The notes beneath the pieces are model-generated. The model did not search any database. It was not told the origin of the DNA and was given only the letters and a program-made list of their open reading frames with translations. A stretch of DNA of 64,000 nt, from assembly GCA_010015585.1 (NCBI GenBank), contig ML975153.1; one strand, given 5' to 3'. Origin of the DNA: Eremomyces bilateralis CBS 781.70 (lineage: Eukaryota). Shown piece by piece: positions 58,299 through 64,000 of the stretch. Position 1 is the first letter of the stretch, and each line of letters opens with the position of its first letter. Both the position numbers and the translations under genes were made by a program.

Positions 58299-59808
58299 GG
58301 GCGATGTGGATGGGATTTATATATCAAGAGGAGGTTTTGTCATTATCATCTACTTCTTTCTCCTTTCACTGTGGTTGCATCTTCCACCTTTTTCCATGTT
58401 TTTGTTCCGAGGATGATTTGACGAGTGATGAATTTTCTTCAACGCTGTTAAAATATAGCTTGCAAAAGAGACGGGTGTCAAGGCAGTCTCATATTATGGT
58501 CCTCTCTATACCTCTTTCCGACATTGTTCTCATTCTCCCCTTTCTATATCTCCTACGTTCCGGTGATGTCCTGACGGCCGCTCTTCTCCGAATTCTACTT
58601 TCTCATCCTCACCTTAAGTTCATCACCTAATCTTTATTGTACGGGATTTCTGTCGTATGGCACATTCGGGAACTAGTCTTTTAACTTCACGGCATTTAAA
58701 TTTAGTGTATCATCTTCACATGGGGACCATCGTTCGTCCGATGCGAATTAGCAATCGGTTTCCTGGAGGGAGGCATGACATTTCATACGATAGATTACGG
58801 GAGCACGATGGCTTTTTGACTGCCATTTTACTCGACCGTACATCATATTTCGTGGAAACCGGACGTCATGGGGGTATGGGATGGGATATTGCTGGGCTAT
58901 TCGGGAGCTTTGGAGCGTGTTCACAGGGAAAGGCAAAGCGTGCTTCACAGTCATGATGTTTAAAGATGTATTTAGAAGGGCGACGTTTGTCATAATCGCA
59001 AGATCCAAGAATTCGAAGAGGATTAAGTCCAAATTGCTGGGCCATCGTGTGTCTGGTAGACTTGCCGGTGTCTCACTTGTTGAAATACAGGTGCGATCCA
59101 TCTGTATGTGCACCGACTCTTTCCGGTTGTCAAATACCACGGCGCAGTATCAATGTTGAAGGGCACATTCTAAGTGAAACAATCTAGTCAAGATCGAGAT
59201 ACGTAACTACCTATTGTTTAATCTTACAACGATAAAGATAGGTTTTGGTTATACTACCTTAGAAAACGCAGGTAATTCAGGAGCGTTTCACAGGTTATTT
59301 AACCAGGAGGTTCAGCAAGGGACCTAAAGGGGCCTAGTCCCTAAGACTCTCTCACATCCAATCCATCAAAAAATATAATCGCCATGGCTGACTGACCCAA
59401 TCCCACCGACTTTGCTGCATAAGATAGGCATACAGAGACCCTATCAGGAGTTCCTCCAGAAATCGGAATCCGCTGTGGCCGAGTTCTTCGATTACGATAC
59501 CATAGTCGTGGCCGAGTTCATCAAGGTTTCGAAGTTGGGCTTCACCCTAGTGAGAGATGCATACAGAAGGTAATTCGAGGCTCTGAATAGTTCGGAGATC
59601 GGCCTGATTGGAAGTTCCCCGTTACGGGTTAGCCCATCTCTTTTCGGGTTTAGCGCCAGCCAGCTCTCACCCGAAGTTTTGCCCAACCTTCTTCGACTTC
59701 AAATCCTCCATACTCTATCGTCCAAATCTTTCCAATCTTTCCTTAGCAAGTATGTATCTAAGTCCTAATCATTTGCTATGATACAAACTCAACTGCTTTC
59801 TTACTCTA

Positions 59809-60300
59809 ACGTAATCCACCACTGAGCTGCGAATTTTCCTTCACCATGGCGATCACCACCCTATTTTCACAATGTCTCAACAACAACAATCTCAATTGCC
59901 TTCAAACGAAGCCAGAATTGAATTAGCGAAATCAGCTATCAGGCAAGGCCAAATAAAACGCGTTCTAACTGCTGCAATGACCTATAAAACTTCTGAAAGT
60001 ATCCTGCGTACTCGCCTTAATGGAACGGAGCTGCGATTCCGCGGAAAAGAACTGCTTGACTCCCTCTCTTGGATTATGTCGACCGTTTGCCTTGTCGGAG
60101 ACGCACAAAGGGACAATCGTCCCGTTATGGTCGAGGTTTCAAAGAGGTGGATCGGTGAAAAGCAGGCAAAAGCCTCAATTGAAACGCAAAACTGGAAGAA
60201 CATATCAGTCTTGGATAAACTGGTTGTCTTTGGGGTCCACTCGACTGGCTCTAAGCTATGAGACAACCTCCCCCTCCTATCCTAGGCTGGATACAACGCT
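59809..60300 (+). mobile_element. Degenerate pogo/Fot1-type (Tc1-mariner) DNA transposon, 5' end
   Basis: TA followed by ACGTAATC at 59807-59816 resembles the start of fungal pogo-type terminal inverted repeats. ORF 59872 NEARIELAKSAIRQGQIKRVLTAAMTYKTSESILRTRLNG resembles the N-terminal HTH. Similarity is lost after about 60050, and I see no DDE domain or right TIR. Confidence 0.65.
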
Positions 60301-60606
60301 CGTGAGACCTGTCTAGGCGGTCCGTTGGACTTATGTCTTGTCAGAGGTTGGTCAACGTCCAGTGCTCTGGGATTTACTGGGACTTGAATTGTACTATCAT
60401 CACAAGCTCGATCAAATTTAACAATGGTTGTATGCTGACATTGATAGTGTGCTATACATGCAAACTTCTCTATGGGAGATAATGGCGCGAATAATATAAA
60501 CAGTCATTCGCCGGTGACGAATTATATTAATCGAATGTCCTCTATCACCTCAAGTCTCAAGAAGCTTTGGTTCGGGCCAGGGTCTGAGAACAGTATTCGG
60601 TTGTAA

Positions 60607-62400
60607 CTAGATGTTGAACCCGCCTGCGCGTTTGGCAAAGAAGCCGGTAGGATCCATTTCCTTCTGCAGGACCTTGAACTTCTCGACGTCCTTATATGAT
60701 CCAAAGACATCCTGACTGAAGGCCGCATGATTCATGAACAGGGGCAAGTACTGTTCACTTTCAGGAGTGGTTACATGCGGAATCTGTTGCTCGATCCAGT
60801 CGGTGAGCTGCTTGGACAGGTCCCAGATGGTATTATCATCATCAGCGGGTGTCCATTGTCCCGTGATCGTAAGGATGAAGCGATCTTTGTCATTTTCTGT
60901 TAAGCCCATCGCGTTGCCGCCACGGGAGGCACTGTTCTTGGCTATGACTGCCGGGAACGGCTGGAATATGATATCTACGGCCGATCCAGGGTGGGATTCG
61001 GCATAGTCCTTGAAGAGGGTCTCCCATTGGGCCTCAATTTCTTGGTAGAATTGAGGTCTGGAAGGGATGCGGGGGAGAGTGATGCTCTGAAACTGTGGTC
61101 AGCTTCTTTCTTTCTTCTCGATGGATGTTTCTTACGCGGAAAGATGCTCTGGTCGGGAGCAAATCTGCTCCCACGGAGTTCTTTGCGAGCTGCATTGGTT
61201 AGCGATAGCTCCTTAATTGGCATCAGTGCTACTCACGAGTTCAGAGTACGTATCTGACTGAGTCAAGTCCAAGAATGAGCTGATATCTTCGAACTTTCCA
61301 AAGGCACCCTTCGGAGCCTCCGGAGCGTCATAGAAGAAAAATATTATATAGGTTTCCACATCGCTAACGAGTTTGGTGGAGGTAAGAATGACTGCGGCTT
61401 TCGGATCTTTGTGGTTATTGGCGATGAAATCATGCAGGGCAGCGAAGACTTCCTGCTCGGCCCAGCCAGCGTATACCCGTATGCCTCCCCAGACCTTATC
61501 TTTGTCAGTCCGATTATTCTTCCCTGCTGATGATGCTGTTACTGACCTTTCCGATAGGATGGGCCTCAATGGAAAACTTGGTGGTAACACCTAGCCCTTG
61601 TTAGAAAAGGATCACCATTTGGCGAAGTCTGAGAATTACCATATTGATTGCCGCCACCACGCAACGCCACAGCAAGGTCTGGATGAGTCTTCGCGTTAAC
61701 GTTGATAACTGAGCCGTTCGCTGTTACTAGCTCCCATCCGACGATAGACTAGAATTATTAGCAAGCTTCTTTCGGTCGGCTCGAGCCATACATACATCTG
61801 CAGCCATCCCGTATTGCGCTGACAAGAAGGACAGTCCTCCTCCAGCCAAATACCCACCAATGCCCACAGTATCTGGAGTGGAGTCAGACAAGGAATGTAC
61901 AATAGCGAAGCGTTCTTACCTAGACGACCCCCTCCCACAGTAACACCGTACTGTTCCAACGGGCCAATGACATCCTTCCACTGCCCTCCAGGCTTGACTT
62001 GAGCCAGGTTAGTATCTTTATCATATGTCGTTCCCTTGATCTTGCTCAGTGCGATCAGAATGCCACCCTGGCTACTGGCATGTCCAGGATTGGGGTCGTG
62101 TCCACCACTCTTGACACTAAAGTTCACATCCGTATATTCACCGAGAACCTGGAAAGCTTTACCAACTTCTTGGGAAGTGGTCGGCTTCAGGATACAGGCC
62201 GGCTTCAGGTCTGAAAGACCGACGTTCCAGTAATCATCGTTCTCCTCCTTATATCCTGATGACCGGGGATTGAAGAGCTTCCCTGGGATAGCTTGGGTGA
62301 GAGCATCGCATGCGTTCACTGTTGACTGTGTCGGAGCTTGCAAAGAGCTGGCCGAAAACAAAGACAGGATGAGCGCCAGAGAGACCTTGGAAAGAGCCAT
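60607..62400 (-). CDS. Secreted FAD-linked oxidoreductase (VAO/berberine-bridge-enzyme-like), about 7 exons
   Basis: Signal peptide; PACILKPTTSQEV, FSVKSGGHDPN (candidate flavinylated His), GGRLGDTVGIGGYLAGGGLSFLSAQYG, DLAVALRGGGNQYG and C-terminal YLPLFMNHA..DPTGFF..AGGF. The spliced frame is intact. Confidence 0.92.
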
Positions 62401-63089
62401 TGCTAACGAAAGTCAAGATAGCCAGCAGTGGAACTGGATAACTTCAACCGAACAGTGAAGCGGACAGGCATTGCGACAGACTTATATGGAGGCAAAATCG
62501 AGTTATTGCACCCGGACTTACTCCTGACACTGCAGCAGTAGCGCAATTTCACATGAATGAACCCCCACAAAATGAAGCTCTGTGATATACACCAAATATG
62601 GAGTAATGCTGGAGGGCGACCTTTAGTTACCGGGGGATTGTTTGTAGAAATAATACCATATCTGAGTATTTTGATTCGGCAGTTTCGTCGGATGTAATTT
62701 TAACCTCACTTAGTGCGACCTCATCGAGCATTTTCTATTCTTTCATGATTCCCCATGGAGTTGTACACGAGGTGCTGCCGTTCAGCGTTGGATGAAGTCT
62801 GGGGAGTGTGGGTCGTTGGATGCTTGTATTCGGAATCTGGTGTTGAAGCGTCCAGCCGTCTCGATTTCTCAACGCTCGACCGTCGCGCATCTTGGATACG
62901 GTGGGGCTCGAATAAATAAATTTGGAAAGGGAGACTGTCGTCCTTCACTTGTCCATTGCAATTGCTATCGAGTTGCACAAAACGACTCCAATTCTTGTCC
63001 TTGAATGGCGGTATTTTTTATCACCTGAAGAGTCGAGATCAGGGAAGTTTGACAGGTGATAGCTCGAGAGATACCCCGGAAATCTACTA

Positions 63090-63850
63090 CTTACATCACC
63101 GGCCTGTCAAAGACGGAGAAAGGGAGCACTGAGCTTTTGATTATCGTAGACCGGTTAAACAAAGGAGCAGTGTTCGCGGCCTGACCTAACGAGCGAAACG
63201 TCAGTCGAGACGTTCATCGAGCATTACCTAGCGCACTGCGCCTTACCAAGAGTAATCACATCCGACAGACGAGACAAGTTCGTCAAAGGAGTCAGATCGC
63301 AGATCTGCAAGCTAGTGAAGGTAAAGCAGAGGCTGTCAACCGCCTATCATCCAGAAATAGGTGGATCTACCGAAAGAATGAATTAGAATGTCGAAGACTT
63401 CGTACGGCATTTTAGTACATATAGGCAAGACGATTGGACACATTGTTACCCTTCGCCCAAGTCGCGATTCTCGGAAGAACGACAGTGGCAACCGGCATGA
63501 GTCCCTTCTTCATTACGCACGGCTACCATCCGTATTTGGGAGATTCAACCGGTTTCACAAGGGCTACAGACAACAAGAGTCCACCTAAGAGTCCGGCAGC
63601 AGCAGCGGAGATGAAGATGAAGAAGTTCCACGAATGCGTTGAATTCGCGCAAGCCGCTATGGCTACGTCCCAGCAGAGATAACAAGACGTGACCAACAAA
63701 CGACGCGACCCAGCACCAGCATATCAGACGGGGGACAAGGTGTGGCTCGACGTGCGGAACATCAAGTTGCCAGACAATTGGAGGAAAAAGCTAGCGAGAC
63801 TGCATGAGCAGTTAGAGCAACTGAAATCATTGGGATTAGCGCATGCCGCC
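63090..63850 (+). mobile_element. Degenerate Ty3/Gypsy LTR-retrotransposon integrase fragment
   Basis: YITGLSKTEKG..LIIVDRLNKG, LPRVITSDR..F, RLSTAYHPEIGGSTERMN*, TGMSPFFITHGYHP and PAYQTGDKVWLDVRNIK..KKL, with stops and frameshifts. No LTR was recognised. Confidence 0.88.
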
Positions 63851-64000
63851 TGAATGTGTGTGAGAGAGAGAGAAAGAAAAGGGAGGAGACTATTCCGCAT
63901 CACGATCCTTGGATTCCCAGAAGGCGGTGCGCTCATTCATGCGAACGGATGAGGCAGCGCAAGGAGTAAGAGGTGTCGATGGAAATGATGGTTGACGCTA

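Overview
Eukaryotic DNA from a filamentous ascomycete (Pezizomycotina, inferred from 50-60 nt GT-AG introns with CTRAC branch points and from gene content). I can support about 23 intact genes assignable to known families. They include YVC1-type TRP channel, GPN2, SUMO/SMT3, NUP84, ALG3, POP4, PAN6, DBP7, ASA1, an EF-hand external NADH dehydrogenase, GH15 glucoamylase, ABCA and MFS transporters, two transcription factors, a secreted FAD oxidase and a five-exon CMC4 gene that the ORF track misses. Two orphan candidates are weaker. There are three damaged genes: an intronless YycE-like VOC gene with one in-frame TAA, an orphan with DPIED repeats and several stops, and a kinase-like relic. Pogo/Fot1 and Ty3/Gypsy remnants lie at the right end. 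No tRNA, rRNA or CRISPR was recognised. The most unusual signals are (i) recurrent C-rich to G-rich skew flips inside genes regardless of orientation, (ii) a tandem array of branch-point/acceptor-like units in a predicted SUMO 5'-UTR intron, and (iii) the single-stop VOC gene. I cannot show a confirmed new multi-gene system. All family calls come from motif recognition by eye, not database searches.
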